Source: a virus
Direction: 5' to 3' (one strand)
Length of the DNA: 64,000 nt
Virus record (IMG/VR): IMGVR_UViG_3300032246_002986
Location: 1-64,000 of that record
Position numbers and translations under genes: made by a program. Below the pieces are notes generated by a model. It was not told the DNA's origin and made no database searches. It saw nothing but the letters and a program-made list of their open reading frames with translations. The stretch's first letter is position 1, and each line of letters starts with the position of its first letter. Below are positions 34,881 through 45,600 of this stretch, one piece after another.

Positions 34881-35999
34881 TTAATCTAAGCCGGTGCCGC
34901 TGCCGTCCGTGCCTGTTGCACCCGTACCACCAGTTCCATTGGGGTCGCCGGTGCCCGAATCATTTCCCGTGTCTATCACAGGACAAGGATCTGGCACATA
35001 CACACGTGGAGCGTGTGTGGTCGCAGGGCAAGCTGTGTAACCCATATAAGTGCTGTAACTAAGTTGAGTGAACAGGCAATTAAGGCCGGTCTTGTATCTT
35101 CCGGAATTGTCCGGATTGGCCACATAATATCCCGGACCGTTTTCTATGTACGGACCCTGATTTTGTATAGGTCCTGCACCCAACGGGTTCCTGGGACCAG
35201 ATCCCACACCAGGAAATATTGCTGCTCCACATATACCCATGCTTATGGTGTCGCTGAATATTCCACCATAACCCCAAGCACGGGCCACAGGTCTGGCAGT
35301 ATATCCGTCCCATTCCACTTCATAAATGTGTTGGAAACTGGTATCGGTAGTTCCAGCATCCCACTTGACCAATGCCGCTTCATTCTGAAAAAAACTGAAA
35401 TTTTCAGGAAAAACTCTGCCAGTCAACTGTTCTCTACCGTCGTATCTTAATCCTGTATTTCCAGCGCCAAAACTTATAGCATCCGAATACGGATGGGGTA
35501 TATTGTAAGGCACATTATATACGCCGCTGGCATTGGGTAAGAGATAATGTGAGATATAATTTGCAGGTCTGCCTATCTGCAGATATACTTCCACCACTTG
35601 ATTGACTGATAAGTTGTTGGTAAAAAATCCCGGGCTATCCTTGCCATAATTATCAGGTGTACCGAAATATACTGGTATCACTACCCAGGTTCCCGCAGCA
35701 GGCCTATCCAATGCTTCGAACACATCCATGGGTATACCTGGTAGATAATATGTGTTGACACCAGGACACTGGCGTTGTTGGCCTATTATCTGTACAATTC
35801 CTGTTCCGCAAGCGAAGGGCGGTGTGAATCTTTTACCATAGAAATACTCGAAATTTAACGTATTCTGAATGAATCTACCATAACCACCGTCATCTGTCCA
35901 CCAATTCTGGTAGTAATAGGATCCTAGATCCGATCCATAACTGTGCGGTTCGTCAATGATATCTTGGAAACTGAGCACACCGCTTGTTTTAATTGTCAT
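34881..35999 (-). CDS. fibre-associated protein, possible receptor-binding/tip protein
   Basis: N-terminus MTIKTSGVLSFQDI resembles proteins that follow S74 fibres; Gly/Tyr/Pro-rich; low-complexity tail. Confidence 0.6.
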   Translation of the reverse strand: MTIKTSGVLSFQDIIDEPHSYGSDLGSYYYQNWWTDDGGYGRFIQNTLNFEYFYGKRFTPPFACGTGIVQIIGQQRQCPGVNTYYLPGIPMDVFEALDRPAAGTWVVIPVYFGTPDNYGKDSPGFFTNNLSVNQVVEVYLQIGRPANYISHYLLPNASGVYNVPYNIPHPYSDAISFGAGNTGLRYDGREQLTGRVFPENFSFFQNEAALVKWDAGTTDTSFQHIYEVEWDGYTARPVARAWGYGGIFSDTISMGICGAAIFPGVGSGPRNPLGAGPIQNQGPYIENGPGYYVANPDNSGRYKTGLNCLFTQLSYSTYMGYTACPATTHAPRVYVPDPCPVIDTGNDSGTGDPNGTGGTGATGTDGSGTGLD

Positions 36000-38007
36000 T
36001 TAGCTTATCCTGCAGGATGGCTACCTTTTCATTCAGCGTTTTGATAGCTTCTATCAACAGCGGAACGATCTTTTCGTAATCCACTGCCAGTTTGCCATTA
36101 GTTCGTTCCACCACCGCTTCAGGAAGGATGTTCTGTATTTCTTGTGCTATCACACCCACATCGTGTTTACGGATAAAATGGCCATCTTCGCCGCCATGGT
36201 ATGTCAAATATTCGTCTGACCAATCGAACTCCACTCCGTTTATCTGGCATACTTTAGCCAGTGCATCTGGAATTTTAACGATATTTTCTTTCAGTGTTTT
36301 GTCGCTGGCAGTAAAGCTGAAAATGTTATCTGCTGCACGAATGGTTCCTGGTGCTCCGCTAGATGTGTTTGCTGCCAGAGCAGAACCTGCTATGCCGCTG
36401 CTGCTGTTGATATTGCCGCCAGCAGTGATGCCGTTAACCACGGTGATGCTATTACCAACGTTCAATCTTTTGGTTATGCCTACACCACCGTAAAAAAGAC
36501 TGGGGCCGCTGGAATAACTGGTACTATCTGATGTGCTGCTTACACCCAATGTGGCTGTGGTTACATATCCTGTGGTAAGGAGATTGGTAACACCAGTATA
36601 ACCGCCTGATGTTATTAAATTTAGATTGTTGGTGCCCACGATACTATCACTACCACCAAAAATACTAACATTGCCGCTTACAAGTGCAGGAGTGTATACC
36701 GCCGTATTGGCATAAAGGTTGGTAGAGCTGGGTATGCTCCAAGCACCATTCGTATATACCAAACGATCAGTATTATTGACCACTACAGCAAGACCATTTC
36801 CGTCGGTCCTGCCTTGGATGGCACTGTTTCCAGTTGTGCCTTTGAAATAAATGGTGCTGGTTCCATTCAATTTTTCGTTGCCATTGACTGTGAGCACTTC
36901 ACTGCTGTCGGTAGTAGCTATGCTCACTTGTGTAGCATCTATGTTATTGGCGCTGAGAGTGTCGCTCACTGCCACATTTGCCACATTGACATTCGCTGCA
37001 ATCGTGGCACTGTCGGACAATGTTATGCTGGAGAACGATGCAGCACCGGTGACACTCAACGTGCTCTGTAATGCCGCGGCACCTGAAATGCTTAAGGTGC
37101 CCGTACCTGTTATGTTTTGGGAATTTAAATTCACACTCTCCACTGTACTGATGAATTTAACATAGCCGTTGGAAAAGATTTTTTGTGCCAAGATGTTGTT
37201 ACCAATACTGTTGGTCACATTCACATTGATGTTACTACCGGCAGTATTATTGGTGAGGGTTGTGTAGGTGCTCGTTGTAGCTACAGATAATGTATTGTTG
37301 TTTCCCAGATTTACTGTGTTTTTAAAATTTTGCACACCATAGAAATTATTGTTTACATCCAGACGAGCATAATTTGCAGCAACCACATTGCCCAACTGTT
37401 CTGAATTGGTGGCACTACCATCGAAATTATAACCTATGGCATTGTTTATGCCCGGTTTCAGACTGATGAAACCTGCGATGCCAGGTTCAGGATAAAAAGT
37501 ATCATTAGCGATTATACTGACCAACACGTTATGGTTGTAAATTTTCGTTACCACATAGCTGTTGTTGTTTATATCTGCCAGGGTATCTACTTCGAAACCG
37601 CTTTTTTGTTGTGCAGAACTATAAATGGGGCTGATTATACGGTAACTGGCTGTGTTTTCATCATAATACTTCAGCTGCTGCGTGTTGCTGTCATACCAGA
37701 AATCTCCGGTTTTGTTTGTGGTAGGGGCCACCGTGCTGTTGACAACATTGTTCAATGTCCTGAAATTAGCATCATATACTTTAAGTTGTCTGTGTGTTGT
37801 ATCGAACCATAATTGCCCAGTCTGGGGATGTAATGGACTATCACTGTTAGCGAAATTTTCCATCAGTTTCACAAAACTTTCTGCGATGATCTCGCTGTAA
37901 GCTGTGTAACCTATGCCAACTAATTGCAAGCTGGTGTCATTATTCAAACTGCCGTCCTGGACGGTAGTGACTAGATTATTTGATGAATTTCTTACGCTAT
38001 AGCTCAT
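35989..38007 (-). CDS. tail fibre with C-terminal peptidase S74 intramolecular chaperone
   Basis: Shared N-terminal module; C-terminal SDKTLKENI...INGVEFDW...GVIAQE...LIEAIK plus coiled coil. Confidence 0.85.
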   Translation of the reverse strand: MSYSVRNSSNNLVTTVQDGSLNNDTSLQLVGIGYTAYSEIIAESFVKLMENFANSDSPLHPQTGQLWFDTTHRQLKVYDANFRTLNNVVNSTVAPTTNKTGDFWYDSNTQQLKYYDENTASYRIISPIYSSAQQKSGFEVDTLADINNNSYVVTKIYNHNVLVSIIANDTFYPEPGIAGFISLKPGINNAIGYNFDGSATNSEQLGNVVAANYARLDVNNNFYGVQNFKNTVNLGNNNTLSVATTSTYTTLTNNTAGSNINVNVTNSIGNNILAQKIFSNGYVKFISTVESVNLNSQNITGTGTLSISGAAALQSTLSVTGAASFSSITLSDSATIAANVNVANVAVSDTLSANNIDATQVSIATTDSSEVLTVNGNEKLNGTSTIYFKGTTGNSAIQGRTDGNGLAVVVNNTDRLVYTNGAWSIPSSTNLYANTAVYTPALVSGNVSIFGGSDSIVGTNNLNLITSGGYTGVTNLLTTGYVTTATLGVSSTSDSTSYSSGPSLFYGGVGITKRLNVGNSITVVNGITAGGNINSSSGIAGSALAANTSSGAPGTIRAADNIFSFTASDKTLKENIVKIPDALAKVCQINGVEFDWSDEYLTYHGGEDGHFIRKHDVGVIAQEIQNILPEAVVERTNGKLAVDYEKIVPLLIEAIKTLNEKVAILQDKLNDN

Positions 38008-38022
38008 TATGTTTCCCCTGAT

Positions 38023-38029
38023 TATTTAT
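38023..38029 (-). promoter_or_regulatory. T4-late-like promoter motif
   Basis: ATAAATA upstream of ATG 38007. Confidence 0.55.
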
Positions 38030-38033
38030 CAGG

Positions 38034-38954
38034 TTAACCTACGAGACTGATGCTCATATTGCTGTATTTGTAATCTATGACGCCCAAGCTATCAGCACTC
38101 ACTTCCATCTGTAGGATATCACCCTGATTGCAGGTCAATAATCCAGTGGCAGTCATGGGAATACTGACAGAATTGGTATGATATGCACGACTCATTACAG
38201 GCGTAGCTGCTTGATTCTGGTACCAGACCACCTGTTGATTGGTGGCAGTATTATAACCCAAACTATAGACAGTACCAGAGACTTGATATACCCCAGCCAC
38301 AGGACAAGTAAACACGCCTGTACTGGTATTGAAGTAGTTTCCAGTATTGATAGCAACTGTGCTGGGTTTCCAAGTTGTTAATTGGGTCAGTCCAGAGCCA
38401 GTTATCACTGAATTATATACATATCCACTACCGCTGAAGTTAGGATTGTATGGTACACTCATCAGTCCACTTGCCGACACTCTAAACACATTGTTACCAC
38501 CAATCTGGACAATGAAGCTGTTGGTACCACTTATTTTGTTCAGTCCATCATTCGTGGTATTTGGCCCGATAGTGATCCACTGTAAAGTGTCATAAAATTT
38601 CAGCTGCTGATTGGCCAGGTCCCACCACAGGTCGTTCTGTTGGGCACTGGTAGGCGTGGTGCTGCTGTAAATGATATTGGCTAAACTTTGCCAGCTGTTG
38701 CTAGCAGTGCCAGCTCGATAGTATTTCAACTGGTGATTGTAATTGTCATACCAAAGTTGTCCCACCAATGGTGATAACGGAGCACTGACGTTGCTGAAAT
38801 TCTGCAACATATAAACCAGATTCTGGTTTAATAATTGTCCATAAGTGGGAAAGTTCTTGCCCACAAGAGTTAGACTTGTGCTGGTGGTATCTATAGTTCC
38901 ATCTTGTACAGTAGCAAGGGCAGTACCGTCGCTGTTATTAATAAAAAAGCTCAT
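38034..38954 (-). CDS. short fibre with C-terminal C1q-like domain
   Basis: Shared N-terminal module; NTGNYFNTSTGVFTCPVAGVY...QGD.L C1q signature. Confidence 0.78.
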   Translation of the reverse strand: MSFFINNSDGTALATVQDGTIDTTSTSLTLVGKNFPTYGQLLNQNLVYMLQNFSNVSAPLSPLVGQLWYDNYNHQLKYYRAGTASNSWQSLANIIYSSTTPTSAQQNDLWWDLANQQLKFYDTLQWITIGPNTTNDGLNKISGTNSFIVQIGGNNVFRVSASGLMSVPYNPNFSGSGYVYNSVITGSGLTQLTTWKPSTVAINTGNYFNTSTGVFTCPVAGVYQVSGTVYSLGYNTATNQQVVWYQNQAATPVMSRAYHTNSVSIPMTATGLLTCNQGDILQMEVSADSLGVIDYKYSNMSISLVG

Positions 38955-38959
38955 TTTTA

Positions 38960-39577
38960 TTATCCTTGGCTACTTAAATTGGTGAGAGTCTGGATTCTCA
39001 CTGTGTAGTCTATCTGTATCAAACGATTCAAACTTTTCTGTATGGGATGGAAGACCACGTGAGTGATCAAATTTCCAGTATTGGGAGTTCCAGCCCAGCT
39101 TTTCAATCCCAGCTCGTCGAATACAAACTGATCATTGAAATTGGTGGTGTTGTCGAACGCCTGCTGCTGACCAGGTTCGCCATAATCCAGGGTACAAGAG
39201 ACGAATATATCGCTGTACACTGTACCCGTAACGTGGCGGATTTCCAATTTGTTGCGTGTGGGATCCAGGTTGTAGGTGCTGTTGCTGTCCACGCTTTTGT
39301 AATATGTCTGGTTATACAAGCTGGCGCTGGAACCTGAAGTATTAGTGGGCAGATAAGTTATCACTCCCGTGGGATCCACACTGGTTCCACCGTTGCCCAG
39401 TGCCAATTCGCTTATGAATCCATATCCAGTATTAGCTAAACTTTGCGCCAGAGCATAACTGAAATTTTCATAATGGATGGCATTCCTTTTGTCCACAAAC
39501 ACTTCTCCAATATCAGGATCAAATATTTTAATGTGTCCTTGCACATATACGCCGGACTTTTCGTTGGTTTCAGACAT
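38960..39577 (-). CDS. conserved virion (baseplate/fibre) protein
   Basis: GHIKIFD, DKRNAIHYEN, FDELGL, THVVFHPIQKSLNR; start probably Met22 of the track ORF because ATAAATA lies at 39613-07 (alternative start 39640). Confidence 0.75.
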   Translation of the reverse strand: MSETNEKSGVYVQGHIKIFDPDIGEVFVDKRNAIHYENFSYALAQSLANTGYGFISELALGNGGTSVDPTGVITYLPTNTSGSSASLYNQTYYKSVDSNSTYNLDPTRNKLEIRHVTGTVYSDIFVSCTLDYGEPGQQQAFDNTTNFNDQFVFDELGLKSWAGTPNTGNLITHVVFHPIQKSLNRLIQIDYTVRIQTLTNLSSQG

Positions 39578-39606
39578 TTTTTCTTTCCAAGATTGTTCTA
39601 CTGGAT

Positions 39607-39613
39607 TATTTAT
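39607..39613 (-). promoter_or_regulatory. T4-late-like promoter motif
   Basis: ATAAATA about 30 nt upstream of ATG 39577. Confidence 0.45.
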
Positions 39614-39640
39614 CTGCACTGTATCTTGTGGTTCATTCAT

Positions 39641-42600
39641 TTAACTGGTCCTTAGGAAAGCTGCCTGTGTTTTATTGCTGGTTAGAATACTTTCTCCAGG
39701 ATTGACGAACATGACGCCCTGTGTAAACACGGATCCGTTTGCTATCAATCTGGTGTTATTGTAACCATTACTTAATAAAATATCCTTATCAGCTGTGATA
39801 ATAGTGTCTTGGCTGTTGGGTATTTCCATGAAACTGCCGGTGTCTTGCACCAATGTGCCAGCTTGATGTACTGTGGCTGCACCTGTTCCAGCAGTGCCTC
39901 TGCGTAGATTACCCAATCTGTTGTTAATCCTATCGCTATAACCATAGATTATACGTTCGCCATTTACAAATACTATACCAGGCAGGTTATTGCTGGCATC
40001 TGGATTTTGCAGCTTACTAACATCATCCACATACATCCAAGTATCGGTCAGATTCAGATCCTGTTTCAAGTAAGTGGTTTTATTAGGCTTGACTGCATAA
40101 TATTTTGTGTTGTCTTGGATATCCTTGAATATTCTAAATTCCACAGCATTCTGTCTTGTATCGCTGGCAAATATTCTCACAACTATGGTGCTGTTGCTGC
40201 TTACACCCAGGTCGTCACTTAGGATCAATTTAGTGGGTGTCTGCAGATAATATTCACTATAGGGACTGAGATTATAACCACCAGTGGTGTTCGGATCTTT
40301 CAGTGTGATGTACAGCTGGTTGTAGTTGTACACAGGCACAGGCAGTGTGAAAGTGCTGTTGAGGATAGCAACAGTGTTGAGTTCGTTATCGAATGGACTT
40401 TCGAAACCGTTGTTATCGAAACCAAGATCTATCACGGTAGTGGTATTGGTGCTGCCACTGAATATTTTTGTATACAAACCGGTCACGTCGTGATTGCCCA
40501 TTGTTACCGCTGTAACAACGTCATATTGGTTCAAAGTAATCCTGTTACTTAGGATCAATGTGTTGTTACCGTAAATCCTGTAATCAGCACTGCTGTAATC
40601 TCCGATAGTTATTTTACTGTTCAATGCAGGCGCTGTGGTAAAGACCACGTCCACATACCAAGTGGTGACGCTGCCCACTGTGACACTACGTTTGTTCAAG
40701 GTGTAATCTATGGTGTCTACCTTGGTCACACCATCAACCACTACTACGATATCGTCGCTTATCACTATGCTGTAATCTTTCACATAGCTGTCTGTAAGAG
40801 TGAAGGTGGTAGTGATGGCATCTCCGATGTAATAACTCTGTTGGCTGGGAATCAGATCATTCTGGTTCAGTCTGACGATAGTGTAGGCCCCAATGGGATC
40901 AACATATTCGGCAGGGTTGGACAGATAGAAAGTATAATCGCTGGCATAACTGGGGCTGCTGCTATTAACAACAAAGGTCTGCTCTGTTATCTCGGTATAT
41001 GCTCGGGTTCCCAGTGCCAGATTGTACAAGTGTATCTGTACAAAATCATTTTCCGCAGGAGGTGTATCGAATCTCACACTGAGAATTTTCCTACCATTTG
41101 TGAGTTTGTTCACCAACTGCCAGTTGTTGACTTTGGATCCATTGACTTTGACATAAGCCTGTTGCACATCGCTCAGGACGTTGTCTGTAAGATCGAAATC
41201 AGTTTCTGCACCATCCGCATAGAGATTGAGATCATAAACTGGGTTCACACCAGTGCTGCCCAACATTATGAAATATAATCCATCGCCGTCTTGCGGGCTT
41301 GTTGTGAAATCTACGGTTTTATTATACCAATCTATGGTAAAATCGGTATTTTCAGCCTGGGGGTTGCCCTTTGGACCGCTATTATCGTTGAAAACCAATA
41401 TCTTTTCGATGCCGCTCTGTGGCCAACTGACACCTGTGACAGCAGGGTCGAAGCTGTAACTCAGCACGCCTTTGCTGGCACCAGTGCTGAACACTTTTAT
41501 TTCTGGTCCGCCGCTTCCTGCTAGTGTCCTTACTTTGATATCCAATGTATCGCTCATTATGCCAGGCACAAGTTCTTCAGGAGCGTGGCTGCTGTATGTG
41601 TCCACATATTCACCGCCCAGCACGATGATATCTTCTGGTCTCAACCCCAACTTGCTGTCGGTGTAACTACTGATGATGTTAGTGTCTTCTTCATAATTAC
41701 CCGCAGTGTCATACACGCCACTGATATCTTTGGTTTGGACATCGTAAGTTTTTGTGTCGAAATTCACTATATCATAATTTGGTGTCGCAACAAACACAGG
41801 TCCCAGGACATTCACGCCGCCGTAATGGATACCGGTCATCAACTGAGCTAGATCTTTGCCTGCTTGTCCCAGGGTAGGGCTGTAGTAACTCCAGATCCTA
41901 TCGCAAGCATTGTCCAACCATAGACCATTATATGCACTGAGATATTCCATATCGAATACATTTTTGCTAGTAAATACACTGGCAAGTTTATAATTGATGC
42001 TCAGTGTACCTGCAGATGCAGGTGCGGTGAAGAACACAACATTTGGACTATTAATATTATCACGTATGATAACATAGTCTATATTTTCAGTTAACGCGGT
42101 GCTGTTCAAAGTCACTATGATGTTATCATTGGTGACCAGTATGCTGTTGGTGTTGTTTGTTTGATCTATGGGATAACTTGTCTTGACACTATCTGTAGTG
42201 TAGGTGGTCACTTTGTTTATTTCAGCAACATAACTTGCTCTATTATAGATGATGATATCGTGAGCATCATAATCTGTATAGGGATACCATACTTTTACTT
42301 TAAGTGGTAAAAACTTAGTGAAATCGAATTTTTCAGTGCTGGTATGGTTGGCAATAACCCTATATGGTTCAAAATTATTGACTACCACTGTATCTATGCT
42401 ATATGTAGTATCTGCCTGCCAATCCTGTATATTATTGAAGTAGGTATAACGATCAAATTTGATCGTGGTGTCGAAACTACGTGCCACATTGTTACCTAGT
42501 ATAGGCACTACTTTAGCGCCTGTGCCCAGACCATAGACCACGACTTGAGCATAAGTGTAATCTTTGCCCATATTTGTTACATTGACGGTATAAACGCCAC

Positions 42601-45600
42601 CGTTCAAGATCTCGACCGTGGCTGTGGCGCCTGTGCCATCACCTATCACTTTGACTGTAGTGCTGCCTGTGTAACCTGTGCCAGAACTTACCACATCTAT
42701 CCTGATAACCTGATACTTGTGATTGTTATTCCAAGGCTGATATATGGCTTTGGTTTCGATCAGGTTGGTGTCCAAGCTATTTCCCAGCTGTGGACTGCGA
42801 TATGTTTTGCTAGTGGTATTGTAGTAACTGGGCAAATCGAAATCGCTCACACCAGTATTGGCGTAATCTGGACTGTTTTTATTGTCGTACTTGGCCACAT
42901 ATTGCTTCAACTTGGTGTGGAAAGGTTTGACTTCTTGGAAGAAGTCCGTGACAATGGTTTCTGGTTGTGGCAAGTATACTGGCAGTTTGTCCAGACCTCG
43001 GACACGGTGATAGATGTCTACGAAACTGGTTTTAAACAACCAATCATTTTGCAGATGTTGATTAGCGGCAGTATCTATCATTATCTTGATGAGATTCTTG
43101 AATTTGCTGCGATATTCTGCAATCAGCAGCTGGTTTTGTACCACTTCAAAAATATGTCTGAATTCTATGTTATTGTCGCTAGCGAATCCTGAAGCTTCCA
43201 GGCTTGCAGTCTGATAACCAAATCCCGCTGATACCTGATCATATAGACTGGTGGCAAATTCGATAGTTCCATTTTGTTGGGCTATCAATTCTATGTTGTT
43301 ATTGTTTATCAGCACGATTTTCCAACCATTGCTGGTGCTGTTCTTGATATAGATTATCTGGCCAACTTTAAGGTTTATATTGCTTAAATCTCGTTCTGTA
43401 TCCAGGATGTAATCAAAAACGATGCTGTCGTTATACTTGGTGCTGTACCAATCCTTATAGGACCAATAATTGTTCACATTGAATTTTTGTACTTTATACA
43501 ATGACCAAGATCTTGTACCCACGGCGTCGCTGACAAGTTTATACACAGCCCATCCTTTAGCCGTGATGTCATCGCTCACTAATGCCAGATCATCTATCAG
43601 ATATTCATTTTTATTAAGGAATTCCAATTCTTCATTGTTGTTTACTTTTACAGTGTATGTGTCTGCGATGGGTTCTGCATCCACATAATCCAGTGACTCC
43701 ACAGCCTTGTTTCTGGTCAATACTATGGGAAACTCTGTGCATATGGCATTCAGTTGCTCTATATAGAACTTTCTTGCAGTGAAGCTATCCTTGAATATGT
43801 TTTGGCGAGGTCTGAGATCTATACCATATTTCTCATTCAAGCTCAGAGCAGGATCCGGTACCATTCTGGTACCGCTGTCTTGGTTCGCCAGACTGTCATT
43901 TAGCTTATTAAGAAACTCTTCTGCTACACCTAGATCTGTTCCATCATCGAACAGTGTCCATTCCACGTGGACAGGTTTGGGGTTATTGATAGTTTTATAT
44001 TCCACTACCACATTGGTGTCGTTATTGATTAAACTAGCAGCGTTGTAAATGGCGAAGCTGCCGGAATTAATGACAGTGGCAAAAGCATCCTGGGTATTTT
44101 TAGGATTAGCTATGGTGTTCTGGATTTCCAATGCAGTGGGACGGGATTGACCTGGTCTCACTCTCAAGCTGTTGCGTACCCAGAAGTAGTACCTGGTCAC
44201 CGGTAATCCAGTCTTGGTATCGATAACCACTTTTGTGCTGTAAACATTGTTTACAGTGTAAAGCGGAGGACTCAGCGGATTCTTAGCAGCATAATCGCTG
44301 GGGATAAGATCGCTTTCGATCCATTCGTAAATGCTCACTGTGCTGTTGGGGAAAGCCAGGGACCAGGTATTGAACTGATCCAGGGTGGATCCCTGAGTGT
44401 AGTCATAATATTTGATACTGTTTGTATCCCACCACAGGCTGCCTACTTTTTCCGGACCCCAGTTATTTTTCTTGTCAAAAGCAAAACTAACTGTAGTGGG
44501 AACGTTACTGTATGTGGCAGGATCATAATTGACACTGTAATCGATATAACTTTCCATGCTGTTTGGCAGCTTATTTTGGAAAATGTCCACTATAGGCAAT
44601 TCTTTTATCAATAAACCAGTGGTAGTGTTATACAGATAGATCCTGGTTATTAGACTGCTATCGTGCTTAGTTTTGGATTGTCTGATAGTCTGCCAATTGG
44701 GTGTGCTAGTTTTATTATAGTAAACGTGCATCACACCAGTGGGATTGCCTAAAGTTTTACCATTCGGTGCCCCCACTACGATATACTGTTTACCTATGTC
44801 TATGCCTGTGCTGAATCTATCCAGACTGGAGATTGTCTTGGTGCTGATAAGACTCGCATATGCAAAGTTTCCGATATCATCTGCAGTCTCTGTGAGGCTT
44901 TGTTGATATTCATACAGATGTGCTGCACCGCTGCGATATATTGTATCGTAATATCTGAGACTGAAACGATCAAAACTGGTTAAATTGTTGTCGAATGTTG
45001 TCGTCAGACGATTGTTGCTCAGTGTGGCGCCGATTACAAGGCTGTTGCCCCAATAATTCAGATTCAACTTTTCACCGAATCTTTCTGTATCCTGATTCAA
45101 TGGACTGAATATTTTCTGGACCAGTTTAACTGGACTTAAACCCAACTGACCCACGGTATTGATTAGTTCTTGTCCTGCGACAGGAACGTTGCGGATATCT
45201 AGTTTGTTGTTGCTTGTGGTATCAGTACTGTCGATCTTGATATAACCGCTGCTGCTTATACTGGCAACTACTCCTCTGATATTTGCCTGGTTGATATCAT
45301 TCACTGCACTGGCTATGGTATTACCAGTGAATGTAACTATGAAATCATTGATACTGATCTTGCTACCAGTGAATTGTTCACTCAATGTGCTGACTGTGCC
45401 GGTCACAGAGCCGTACTGTCTTCCTACATCCACAAATCTATAAACTATACCATTGTTGGTAGTGGTGTTATTGAAGTTAGGTGCGCTGACATAATAGCTA
45501 CAACCAGTGGGACAGACAGCGACTTTCTGGCCAAAATTCATTTTTTCCTGGCCGCTGTCTGGATACAATGTGTTTTTCAATACCAATTGATTGGTGTCGA

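Noticed and set aside
31039-38954. Diversity-generating retroelement targeting the fibres
   Set aside because: No reverse transcriptase and no adenine-variant template/variable repeat pair noticed in this window; cannot be excluded elsewhere in the genome
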